Positions 16,039 through 24,139 of a DNA stretch of 32,000 nucleotides are shown piece after piece. The notes under the pieces are model-generated. The model searched no databases. It saw nothing but the letters and a program-made list of their open reading frames with translations, and was not told where the DNA came from. The translations under genes and the position numbers were made by a program. How positions within the stretch are numbered: position 1 is the first letter of the stretch; each line of letters begins with the position of its first letter. The stretch is from assembly GCA_016205145.1 (NCBI GenBank), contig JACQJH010000001.1, forward strand, positions 180,001 through 212,000, given 5' to 3'. The stretch comes from Candidatus Iainarchaeum sp. GTDB lineage: Archaea; Iainarchaeota; Iainarchaeia; Iainarchaeales; JACQJH01.

Positions 16039-16073
16039 GCAGTATCACTGAACAAAATTGCACAGCCGGAACG

Positions 16074-16107
16074 AAAAAAACAGAAGGATTCAAAAGAAGC
16101 GCCTTCT
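16074..16107 (-). terminator. Terminator-like hairpin plus T7 run inside the leader of L30e.
   Basis: The minus strand reads agaagg cgcttcttttgaat ccttct g ttttttt. The T7 run is at 16074-16080, 36 nt before the L30e ATG. Confidence 0.35.
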
Positions 16108-16163
16108 CATTTTTTACTCCAGCGCAATAAGACCTGTCCGGGCAAGCATTTTAAAAAGCAATC

Positions 16164-16249
16164 CCCGGCGATTTCGTCCGCCGGGTTCGACGACGGGTAT
16201 TCTTCGCAAACCATTGGTTTGCGACGTGCCCAGAATCTTCGGATTCTGG
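16164..16249 (+). repeat. Triple hairpin module downstream of rpoA''.
   Basis: cccggcg/atttcgtc/cgccggg at 16164-16185. tcgcaaacc/att/ggtttgcga at 16204-16224. ccagaatc/ttcg/gattctgg at 16230-16249. Confidence 0.7.
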
Positions 16250-16294
16250 AGCATCGCTTCGCTCAATACCCCTCTGTCCGCCTTTAAATCTCTT

Positions 16295-17560
16295 TCACTT
16301 GCCCCCCTTCATCACCAATTCGACTATTCCCGTGCCGACTTTTATCGGCTGGCCGACGATTATGTTTTCAACGACGCCTTCAAGGTTTTCGACTTCGCCC
16401 TTGAATGCCGCGTCAAGCAGATGCTTTATTGTTTCCTCGAACGCGGCTCTCGCGAACGGCGAGCTTTTCTCGCGCGTTATTCCCGTCCTGACTATGCCCT
16501 TGATGTCGCCGCTGTAAGTCATCATGTCCGCAAGCAAAATGATGTGCCTGACGTCGACGGCGATTCCGTTGTCGTCAAGCGTCTTCTTGAGTTCCTTGAC
16601 AATCATGGCTCTCGCAGCCTCTATTCCGAAAACCTTGCTGATTTCCATGACATCGTTTGTCGTGGTCCTCGCGGGATCGATTTCCTTGAGCTTCAAAACG
16701 CTTTTCATGTTGCTGCCGGAAGTCTTGATGACGAACTCGCCTTTTTCCTCGACAAGAAGCGTCTTTGTTATGCCCTTCACGCCCTGCACCCTTGAATTCA
16801 GCAGCTTCAGCAAGTGCTTCCTTATTTTCAGCAGGGATTCCTTTTTTGAAAACGAGAATTCGACGACGTTCTTGCGCTGCCTCGCCTCGCCAAGCTTTAG
16901 GCCGGTCTTGATTTTGTCGACAAGGTCTTTTTCGTCGACGTTTCTCGCCTCGGCCTTGGCTTCGTCGATTTCTATCTGCAGCACGTTGTTGGCAAAGTTT
17001 TCCTTCACGCTGACAACGTCGGAAATCCTGACGTCCAAGAGAGATTTGGCAAACTTGTCGGCTTCCTTGCCGTTTTTTCCAAGCCCGCCGTCCAGATAAA
17101 TCGTCATTGTCGGATACTTGGCTTTGCTCCTGCCGTCGACTATCTCTTCAACCCTCTGGATTCCCGAGCCGACTGAAACTTCCGCTGCGCCCGCATAGTG
17201 CTTTGTCCTCAAAGTAAGCTGGGTTGCCGGCTCGCCAAGCGACTGCGCGGCGACAATGCCGACAGCTTCGCCCGGTTCAACGACAAGGTTTTCATAGCGC
17301 TCCTTTATTTTTTCCGCCAGAATGCCCGCTTTTTCCCTGCTCATGTTCTTTTTTTCCGCAAACAAGACGATTTCGTCAAGCACTTTTTTCGGCAGTTCGA
17401 CTTTTTCCCAGGAGCGGAGCTCTATTTTCGGGATTTCACGGTCCTTCCTGCTTTTTTCCTCGGCCTCTTCGGCAACTTCTTCAGCTTCTTCTTCGGCCTC
17501 TTCGCTGTCCTCAAGGGCTTCGTCTTTTTTTTCCGGGGTTTTCTTTTTCTTTGCCGCCAT
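16295..17560 (-). CDS. rpoA2: DNA-directed RNA polymerase subunit A''.
   Basis: PGEAVGIVAAQSLGEPATQLTLRTKHYAG and the C-terminal GVVENIIVGQPIKVGTG. It carries an N-terminal extension of about 40 aa rich in K/E. Confidence 0.93.
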   Translation of the reverse strand: MAAKKKKTPEKKDEALEDSEEAEEEAEEVAEEAEEKSRKDREIPKIELRSWEKVELPKKVLDEIVLFAEKKNMSREKAGILAEKIKERYENLVVEPGEAVGIVAAQSLGEPATQLTLRTKHYAGAAEVSVGSGIQRVEEIVDGRSKAKYPTMTIYLDGGLGKNGKEADKFAKSLLDVRISDVVSVKENFANNVLQIEIDEAKAEARNVDEKDLVDKIKTGLKLGEARQRKNVVEFSFSKKESLLKIRKHLLKLLNSRVQGVKGITKTLLVEEKGEFVIKTSGSNMKSVLKLKEIDPARTTTNDVMEISKVFGIEAARAMIVKELKKTLDDNGIAVDVRHIILLADMMTYSGDIKGIVRTGITREKSSPFARAAFEETIKHLLDAAFKGEVENLEGVVENIIVGQPIKVGTGIVELVMKGGK

Positions 17561-17569
17561 TTTTTCACA

Positions 17570-20182
17570 TCAGTTTTCGATTTTCTTTATTTCCTCTTCA
17601 ACGTCAATCGTCTTGCCCCTGCGGGTTTTGCGCGGGAACACTCCGTCCTCGCCGTAAACGAACTGCACGACATTCCTGTTGGCCGTCCTTACGGTTGCGT
17701 CGTTCCACACGGTCAGGTCCTTGAGGCTGTTGGCAAGGCGCCTGTACAGGTAGCCTGAAACCTTTGTCGAAACGCCCGTGTCGACTTCACCCTGCCTTCC
17801 GCCCATTGCGTGGTAGAAATATTCCTTCGGGTGCATTCCCTCGAGGAAATTCTGCTGGATGAAGCCGCCCGCCAGCGCTCCAACGTCGCCTTTCTTGTTG
17901 TGGGTTATGAGCCTTTTGTCAAAGCCCTTTTTCGGCCTTCCTTCCCTTACAGAGGCCTGGCCCCAGAAGCCTGAAATGTTCATGAGGTTCGTGCTCGAAC
18001 CGCGGCTGCCCGAAATTATCATCACGGTCGTGTTGAGTTTCGGGTTTTCCGTGAGAACATCCTGCTGGAGCTTTTCCTTCAAAATTTCCTTTTCGACCTT
18101 CGCCTTGACTTCCGAGCCCAGCCTCATCATGCTGATTTCAAAGCTCTCGTCCAGGGTCCTGCCCGGAATGATGTGCAGGGTTCCCTTATTGTACTTGTCG
18201 ACCAGCTCCCTGCCCTTTTCAAGCTCTTCCTGGATTGCCCTGTCCTTGGCCCTCTTTATGGTGTCGCTTACCTCGTATTCGTCCAGGCCGACTGTCATGC
18301 CCTTCTTTGTCAGCAGATCGCCTATGATGCGGCTGATCCTGTAATAGAATTCCTCAAGCACTTCGCTCGGATAATTCCTTGCCAGCGCATCCGCAATCCT
18401 TCCCCTGCCCTCGCCCAGGCCGGCTTCGTCTATGACACCGGAAACGAGCTTTCCGTTTTTTATGCGCACGAAAGCGTCAAACCTGTCATATTCTTCGACG
18501 GTCTTCTCCTTCACAAGGCCCGCGTCCTCAAGCAGCTTGCACATGTTCGACTTGAATTCGAGGTTCAAATCCTGCGGCAGCATCAATGAAAAGATCAGCT
18601 TTCCGGAATACCTTTTGCCTAAGTCGGGCTTGGGCATTTCAGTGAGGCCGATTTCGTAAAAGTATTTCATCGCCTCTTCCCTTGAAAACGTCGTCGATTT
18701 CATTGTGAGCGCGAACGCGCCTGAAATGCCGTCCTCGTCCATGATTATGACCGGTGCGCCGTACCTCGGCGAAACTATCTGGTCCCTGACAAGCATCAAT
18801 TGCCTTGCCTCGGTCTTGCCTTCCTCTGTCTGCGGCACATGCATGTTCATTTCGTCGCCGTCGAAGTCCGCGTTGTAAGGCTTGCAGACAATCGGATTGA
18901 TCCTGAACGTTCGGCCCGGCATTACCCTGACAAAGTGCGCCATCATTGAAAGCCTGTGCAGTGAGGGCTGCCTGTTGAACAAGACAATGTCGCCGTCCTG
19001 CAGCTTCCTTTCAACCCTGAAGCCGATGTCCAGTTCCGCAAGGATCTCTTCCTTCATTTCCTCGGAAACCTTCTTGCGCGTTCCGTTCGGCCTGATGATG
19101 TAGCTGATTTCGTCGCCGTGCTTTATCATCTTCTCGATTTCCTTCTTGTTGTATTCGGTAACCGCTTCCGGCACTGTAAGTTCGTCGGCGATTTCCTTCG
19201 GCACGCCGAGCTCGCTTATCTTGATGTAAGGGTCCGGCGTTATCGTCGAGCGCGCGGCAAAGTTGACGCGCTTTCCCGTCAAATTGTGGCGGAACCTTCC
19301 CTTCTTTCCCTTGAGCCTCTGAACAAGAGTGCGCAAGGCCCTTCCGCTTCTGTGCTTTGCCGGCGGCACGCCCGCCGTTTCATTGTCAAAATAAGTGGTA
19401 ACGTGGTATTGCAGCAGGTCCCACAAATCCTCGATTATGAGCTGCGGCGCGCCCGCATCGATGTTGTCCTTCAATCTCAGATTTATCCTGATGATGTCGA
19501 CAAGCTTGTGCGTCAGGTCGTCCTCGGACTTTATGCCCGACTCGAGTGTTATGGACGGCCTGATTGTTATCGGCGGAACCGGAAGAACCGTTATTATGAA
19601 CCATTCCGGCTTGATTATTTCCGGATTGTAGCCGAAAAGCTTAAGGTCATCGACTGAAATCTTTTCAACCCATTCCCTTATCTGAGTGGGATAGATGCGG
19701 TCCTTGTCCAAATAGAAGTTTGTCGGCTTGTCCAGTGAAACCGCGCCCCTGTCAGCATTGCAGTGCGGGCATTTCCTTGACTTCTTCGCTTTCGCAACAA
19801 CTGTCTTGCTCAAATCCTTTCCGGGCACGTGGCCGTCGCGCACTTCCTTGAGCTTGTCGTCCTTGATTGAAATTTTGCCGCAGCTCTGGCAGGTCGCGTT
19901 CATCAGACTTTCAAGCTTCCTTCCGAATTCGGGATGGATTATCGGCCTGACAAGCTCCATGCTGCCGAAGTGGCCGGGGCACTGCTTCATTTTCTGGCCG
20001 CATGTCTTGCACCTAAGGCCCGGGTTTATGACTCCGAGATGCGGGTCCATGAGGCCGCCTTCCATCGGATAACCGTCCTTGTCGTACGTTTCCGGAGTCT
20101 TGATTTCAATCGCAGACATTTTCCTTATCTGCGAAGGGTTCAGCATAAGAAACTGCACGCTTTCAATCCTTTTTGCCAGCAT
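17570..20182 (-). CDS. rpoA1: DNA-directed RNA polymerase subunit A'.
   Basis: Zn-binding CKTCGQKMKQCPGHFG and the catalytic YNADFDGDEMN motif. ATG follows AGGTGG. Confidence 0.96.
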   Translation of the reverse strand: MLAKRIESVQFLMLNPSQIRKMSAIEIKTPETYDKDGYPMEGGLMDPHLGVINPGLRCKTCGQKMKQCPGHFGSMELVRPIIHPEFGRKLESLMNATCQSCGKISIKDDKLKEVRDGHVPGKDLSKTVVAKAKKSRKCPHCNADRGAVSLDKPTNFYLDKDRIYPTQIREWVEKISVDDLKLFGYNPEIIKPEWFIITVLPVPPITIRPSITLESGIKSEDDLTHKLVDIIRINLRLKDNIDAGAPQLIIEDLWDLLQYHVTTYFDNETAGVPPAKHRSGRALRTLVQRLKGKKGRFRHNLTGKRVNFAARSTITPDPYIKISELGVPKEIADELTVPEAVTEYNKKEIEKMIKHGDEISYIIRPNGTRKKVSEEMKEEILAELDIGFRVERKLQDGDIVLFNRQPSLHRLSMMAHFVRVMPGRTFRINPIVCKPYNADFDGDEMNMHVPQTEEGKTEARQLMLVRDQIVSPRYGAPVIIMDEDGISGAFALTMKSTTFSREEAMKYFYEIGLTEMPKPDLGKRYSGKLIFSLMLPQDLNLEFKSNMCKLLEDAGLVKEKTVEEYDRFDAFVRIKNGKLVSGVIDEAGLGEGRGRIADALARNYPSEVLEEFYYRISRIIGDLLTKKGMTVGLDEYEVSDTIKRAKDRAIQEELEKGRELVDKYNKGTLHIIPGRTLDESFEISMMRLGSEVKAKVEKEILKEKLQQDVLTENPKLNTTVMIISGSRGSSTNLMNISGFWGQASVREGRPKKGFDKRLITHNKKGDVGALAGGFIQQNFLEGMHPKEYFYHAMGGRQGEVDTGVSTKVSGYLYRRLANSLKDLTVWNDATVRTANRNVVQFVYGEDGVFPRKTRRGKTIDVEEEIKKIEN

Positions 20183-20249
20183 TCCATTCCACCTTTTCGT
20201 CCAGCCAGTCTTTCATTTCTACGGTTGTTCGGCCTTCAATCCCGAATCC

Positions 20250-22067
20250 TCAAACCTTGTCCTTTATGATGAGCTTGGGGAAAACTCCCAAAGCCTTCAG
20301 CTCGTCAAGCAATAATTTGAAACTGTAACTCATTTCAATCGGATAAATGCGCGCGCTGTCGCACAAAGGGCAGAAACGCTTGTTCCTGATGACGTCGTTG
20401 ACTGCCAGCACGCCGCACCTTTCGCAGACGTATTCGACGGTCTTGTCCGAGCTTTCAATGAGCTTTTCCTGCAGCAGCATGGCCGCGCCATGCCCAACCA
20501 GTGTTTCGGCTTCCATTTCGCCGAAGCGCAGGCCGCCTTCCTTCTCTTTCCCTTCTGTCGGCTGCCTTGTCAGAATCTGCACTGGCCCGCGCGACCTGGA
20601 CTGCATCTTGTGCGCGACCATGTGGAACAGCCTCCTGTAACCGCATACGCCCACAAAAATTTCGCCTTCAAGCCTTTCGCCTGAAACCCCGTCGTAAAAC
20701 ACTTCCTTGCCGTCGCTCCTGAAACCGTAATCCGACAGCATTCCTTCAAGCGCTTCCAAAGGGGTTTCATTGAACGCAGTGCCATCAATCGCTTTCGACT
20801 TCAATGAGCCGGCCTTGCCTGCAATCATTTCCAGCAAATGCCCGATCGTCATCCTTGAAGGAATCGAATGCGGGTTAATTATCAGATCCGGCTTTATGCC
20901 TTCGGCAGTGAACGGCATGTCTGCTTCAGGTATGACCCCGCCGATGACGCCTTTCTGGCCGTGCCTGCTTGAAAACTTGTCACCGCGCTCCGGAGACATT
21001 TCGGTCCTCACCTTGACCTTGATCAATTTGTTGCCGTCCTCGCTTTCAGTCACGATAACTTTGTCAACATATCCCGGCTTGCCCTTGCGCGTTATCACGG
21101 AGCTTTCCCTTCTCTTTTCCTTGACAACGCCGAACTCGGATATTTCCTCCAAAAACCTTGGAGGCGAGGTTCTTCCGACGATTATTTCCTTTTCCTTGAC
21201 TTCTGCCTCAACTCTCACAAGGCCGTCCTCTCCAAGATTCTTGTAGGCATCCTCTCCAAGATAGCCTTCGACGTCTTCCGCCGGAATCTCAAGCTTGTCC
21301 TTCTGCCCGCCCGGATACCTGTTCTCGGTTCCGTCGTACGTCCTGTAATATGCGGCCCTTCCGAGGCCCCTTTCAACCGAGCCCTCGTTCAGCACAAGAG
21401 CGTCCAAGACATTGAAACTGTAAAACGGCATGATCGCAACGACAAAGTTCTGGTTCTGCGGCCTCTTGTCCACGCCGATGAAATCCATGACTTTCGTTTT
21501 CACAAGATGCGACTGAGGATAGTAAAGCAAAAAGCCCTCGGTGTCCGTGCGCAAATTCATGTTGATTGCCGGAATGCCAAGCGCCTGCTTGAACATTTTT
21601 GCGCCGTGCAATGCCTTGCCCGCCATGTTATGCGTAAGGTACGGGATCATGGAAGTGATGAGCGAAAAAACCGCGGAAGCGTCAATCTCAAGATGCGTGT
21701 GCTCGTTCGAAAGCTCGTCCTCGGAAACCGCGACAAAAGCGTTTTCCTCCTCTTCGGAGTCAAGGTACTCTATTATGCCCTTGCTTATCAGGTCGTTCCA
21801 CGAAAACTTGCCTTCCTTCGCCATGCGCACGTGCTCGTCCGTCAGCAACGGCCTGCCGTTCTCAACAATAATGAGGGGCCTCTGCACCCTTCCGGAATCG
21901 GTGTTGATGTAAACCTCGTTCGTCTGCCTGTTCAAGGCAACATTCACGAGATGCGAGATTTTTCCGGAACGCCTCGACTTTATGAGCTCCTGCGTCAGTT
22001 TCTCAGGGCTCTCATGGAAACCAATGAGCCTTCCGTTGATGTAAACCTTTCCGATTTCCGCCATCAT
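20250..22067 (-). CDS. rpoB1: DNA-directed RNA polymerase subunit B' (C-terminal half of split B).
   Basis: RHGQKGV, PSRMTIG, GGLRFGEME and the C-terminal Zn ribbon CERCG...CPLC. Confidence 0.95.
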   Translation of the reverse strand: MMAEIGKVYINGRLIGFHESPEKLTQELIKSRRSGKISHLVNVALNRQTNEVYINTDSGRVQRPLIIVENGRPLLTDEHVRMAKEGKFSWNDLISKGIIEYLDSEEEENAFVAVSEDELSNEHTHLEIDASAVFSLITSMIPYLTHNMAGKALHGAKMFKQALGIPAINMNLRTDTEGFLLYYPQSHLVKTKVMDFIGVDKRPQNQNFVVAIMPFYSFNVLDALVLNEGSVERGLGRAAYYRTYDGTENRYPGGQKDKLEIPAEDVEGYLGEDAYKNLGEDGLVRVEAEVKEKEIIVGRTSPPRFLEEISEFGVVKEKRRESSVITRKGKPGYVDKVIVTESEDGNKLIKVKVRTEMSPERGDKFSSRHGQKGVIGGVIPEADMPFTAEGIKPDLIINPHSIPSRMTIGHLLEMIAGKAGSLKSKAIDGTAFNETPLEALEGMLSDYGFRSDGKEVFYDGVSGERLEGEIFVGVCGYRRLFHMVAHKMQSRSRGPVQILTRQPTEGKEKEGGLRFGEMEAETLVGHGAAMLLQEKLIESSDKTVEYVCERCGVLAVNDVIRNKRFCPLCDSARIYPIEMSYSFKLLLDELKALGVFPKLIIKDKV

Positions 22068-22104
22068 TCACACCTTTTTTGCCCCATTTCCCCTTTGCAA
22101 AAAT

Positions 22105-23571
22105 TCACAGCTTTTTCAGCTTGACGCCTCTGCCGTACAGGAACTCTTCAATCGGCTTTTCGTCAGTCTCGGTCGTGACTTCAACCATCAGCGAGAGGTT
22201 CTTCACCAAACCGCATTGAGGGCCGTCCGGCGTCTCAATGCCGTCAAGCCTGCCCCAGTGCGTGCCATGCACGTCGCGCGCTTCATACAGTTCGCGGTTC
22301 TTGTTCAGGGGACTCTTGACTTTCCTCAAATCCGTGAGAGGCGACAGGAAGTTGACCCTGTCCATGAACTTTGAAACGCCCGTCGACCTGCCGATCCAGT
22401 TGCCCGTCGACATGGCAAACCTGACGCGCTCTGTCACTGCGCCCGGCCTGACAATCGTTGAAATGTTGAGTTTCCTTCTCCTTGTAATAGTGCGGTCGAT
22501 CTGGAACCTCAAATCCTTTATGAAATACTTGAAAGAATACCTGAACAAATGTTCCATGAGCTTGCCCGACAATTCAAGGCGCTTGTTGGCATAATGGTCC
22601 TTGTCGTCCTCGCCGCGCAAATTGTAAGTCCTTTCAACTGCTTTTTCGGCCATCATGACAAGGTAATAAGCTTTCGCAAGCCTCGACTCCTTTGCCTGCC
22701 CGATGTGCGGCAAAAGGAAAGCGTCGATGACTTCCTGCGCCCTCTTCAGCCTGTAATCGATGACCTGTCCGGGCGCGACATACTTTCCGATCTTGTCCAA
22801 AGCCTCTTTCTCGTCGGTTATCTCGCAGTTCTCAAGGTTCAACAGCACGTCGTTCTGGATTTCAACGCCGTCGGAGAACGCGCTTGAAATTTCCTTGTCG
22901 GACTTGAGGCCAAGCGCCCTCAAAAGCACGAACAGCTTCAGCTTCCTCGGCGAAGCGGGGAATGTTACTGACAGCAACCCATCAGGTTTCCTTGAAATCC
23001 TGACCCTGCCCTTGAACGCCCCCTTCGTCGAAATGACTTCCGAAATGACGCCTTTCACGCTTTCGGATATCATGACCCTGTCTGACGCGAGCACTTCCTG
23101 CGTCATCAAAGCCTTCTCGGAACCGTTGATGATGAAATAGCCGCCGAAATCCATGGGGTCCTCGCCCATTTCAACCAATTCATCCTCGCTCTTGTCCTTG
23201 AGCCAGCAGAGGTTCGACTTCAACATTATCGGCATTTCGCCGATGTAAGTGCGCTTGACATCCTGTTCAACGTCCCTTCTGAGCAGCCTCATTGTAATGT
23301 ACAGCGGACCGGAATAGGTGCGGTTCCTGATCCTGGCCTCCATTGGATAAAATTGCAGTCTCGGGCTTCCGTCAGCTTCGACTATGCGCGGCTTCAAGAC
23401 TTCTATGTCCGACAATTCGATTTTGACTTCCTCTATCTTCGGGATGATTTCGCCGTTTTCCGACACGATTTCCGGAAGCTTCTTTTCAATGAACTGGTTG
23501 AAAGAGTCGACTTCCATCTTGGCGATGCTTCTGTTCAGAAAATAAGAGTCGATTAGGGGCCATTTATCCAT
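22105..23571 (-). CDS. rpoB2: DNA-directed RNA polymerase subunit B'' (N-terminal half of split B).
   Basis: DSFNQFIEKKLPEIV..., PIMLKSNLCWL and GGYFIINGSEKA are typical of the N-terminal part of subunit B. Confidence 0.95.
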   Translation of the reverse strand: MDKWPLIDSYFLNRSIAKMEVDSFNQFIEKKLPEIVSENGEIIPKIEEVKIELSDIEVLKPRIVEADGSPRLQFYPMEARIRNRTYSGPLYITMRLLRRDVEQDVKRTYIGEMPIMLKSNLCWLKDKSEDELVEMGEDPMDFGGYFIINGSEKALMTQEVLASDRVMISESVKGVISEVISTKGAFKGRVRISRKPDGLLSVTFPASPRKLKLFVLLRALGLKSDKEISSAFSDGVEIQNDVLLNLENCEITDEKEALDKIGKYVAPGQVIDYRLKRAQEVIDAFLLPHIGQAKESRLAKAYYLVMMAEKAVERTYNLRGEDDKDHYANKRLELSGKLMEHLFRYSFKYFIKDLRFQIDRTITRRRKLNISTIVRPGAVTERVRFAMSTGNWIGRSTGVSKFMDRVNFLSPLTDLRKVKSPLNKNRELYEARDVHGTHWGRLDGIETPDGPQCGLVKNLSLMVEVTTETDEKPIEEFLYGRGVKLKKL

Positions 23572-23662
23572 GATTCACACCATTCACAACTGAAACACTT
23601 TTTTTTCCGCAATCGCGGCTGCTTTTTTTATGGCTTGTTTTTTTTATGGTTTTATGGTAATG

Positions 23663-23684
23663 GCCGCCCAAACGTGCCGGCGGC
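23663..23684. repeat. GC hairpin just downstream of the rpoH stop.
   Basis: gccgcc/caaacgtgcc/ggcggc. It resembles the GC-hairpin arm of the repeat family (compare 3836-3851). Confidence 0.4.
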
Positions 23685-23694
23685 TGAAATGCGG

Positions 23695-23925
23695 TCAAAC
23701 AACTTTCCTGTAATAAACCGCCTGTCCCGCGGTCGGGGAATTCCTTATTATCTTGATAATGTCGCCCTTTCTGGGCTTGAGGTTTTTCACTGCCGGATCG
23801 GTTTTGCTGATCTGCGGCAGGTTTTCGGCCTGGGTTCCGAGCCTGGCAAGCAGCCTGTCCACGTCTTCCGCAGGCAGGATGAAGTGTTCCGGAACCAGAA
23901 AATGTCTTACAGGCTCAAATGACAA
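23695..23925 (-). CDS. rpoH: DNA-directed RNA polymerase subunit H (Rpb5 C-terminal-domain homologue), proposed TTG start.
   Basis: HFLVPEHFILPAEDVDRLLARLGTQAENLPQISKTDPAVKNLKPRKGDIIKIIRNSPTAGQAVYYRKVV is RpoH-like. The frame has no in-frame ATG. The TTG at 23925 lies 7 nt after GGGGGG. The track extends to another TTG at 24039, adding 38 aa not recognisable as RpoH. Confidence 0.78.
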   Translation of the reverse strand: MSFEPVRHFLVPEHFILPAEDVDRLLARLGTQAENLPQISKTDPAVKNLKPRKGDIIKIIRNSPTAGQAVYYRKVV

Positions 23926-24139
23926 TTGGTTTCCCCCCGGGAAAAGCGGCCTTTTTTCGCTGCAGGGAATTGGGCGCGCTTTTGGCTGGCAATCAATGCA
24001 CTGCACCAAAAACGGTTGTGTCCAAACCTGAAACCCCAAGCAAGCGGAAAAAAATCGCCACGTATAAGTATATGTGCGAGAATTTTACTTATTTACAGAC
24101 GGAAAGAAATAAAAAGGTTTGTAAATTGGTTTGTCTTAT

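Noticed and set aside
16179-16200. tRNA-like T-arm resemblance (ccgggttcga, gggtccgaaacc) in the hairpin modules.
   Set aside because: I could not fold any flanking sequence into acceptor, D or anticodon arms. The lengths and linkers do not fit a cloverleaf.
15341-17758. Several plus-strand ORFs of 186-245 aa (15341-16051, 16058-16795, 17198-17758).
   Set aside because: All are antisense to nusA/L30e/rpoA'', whose identity is secure. Their compositions (S/F/L/P-rich) are typical of antisense frames.
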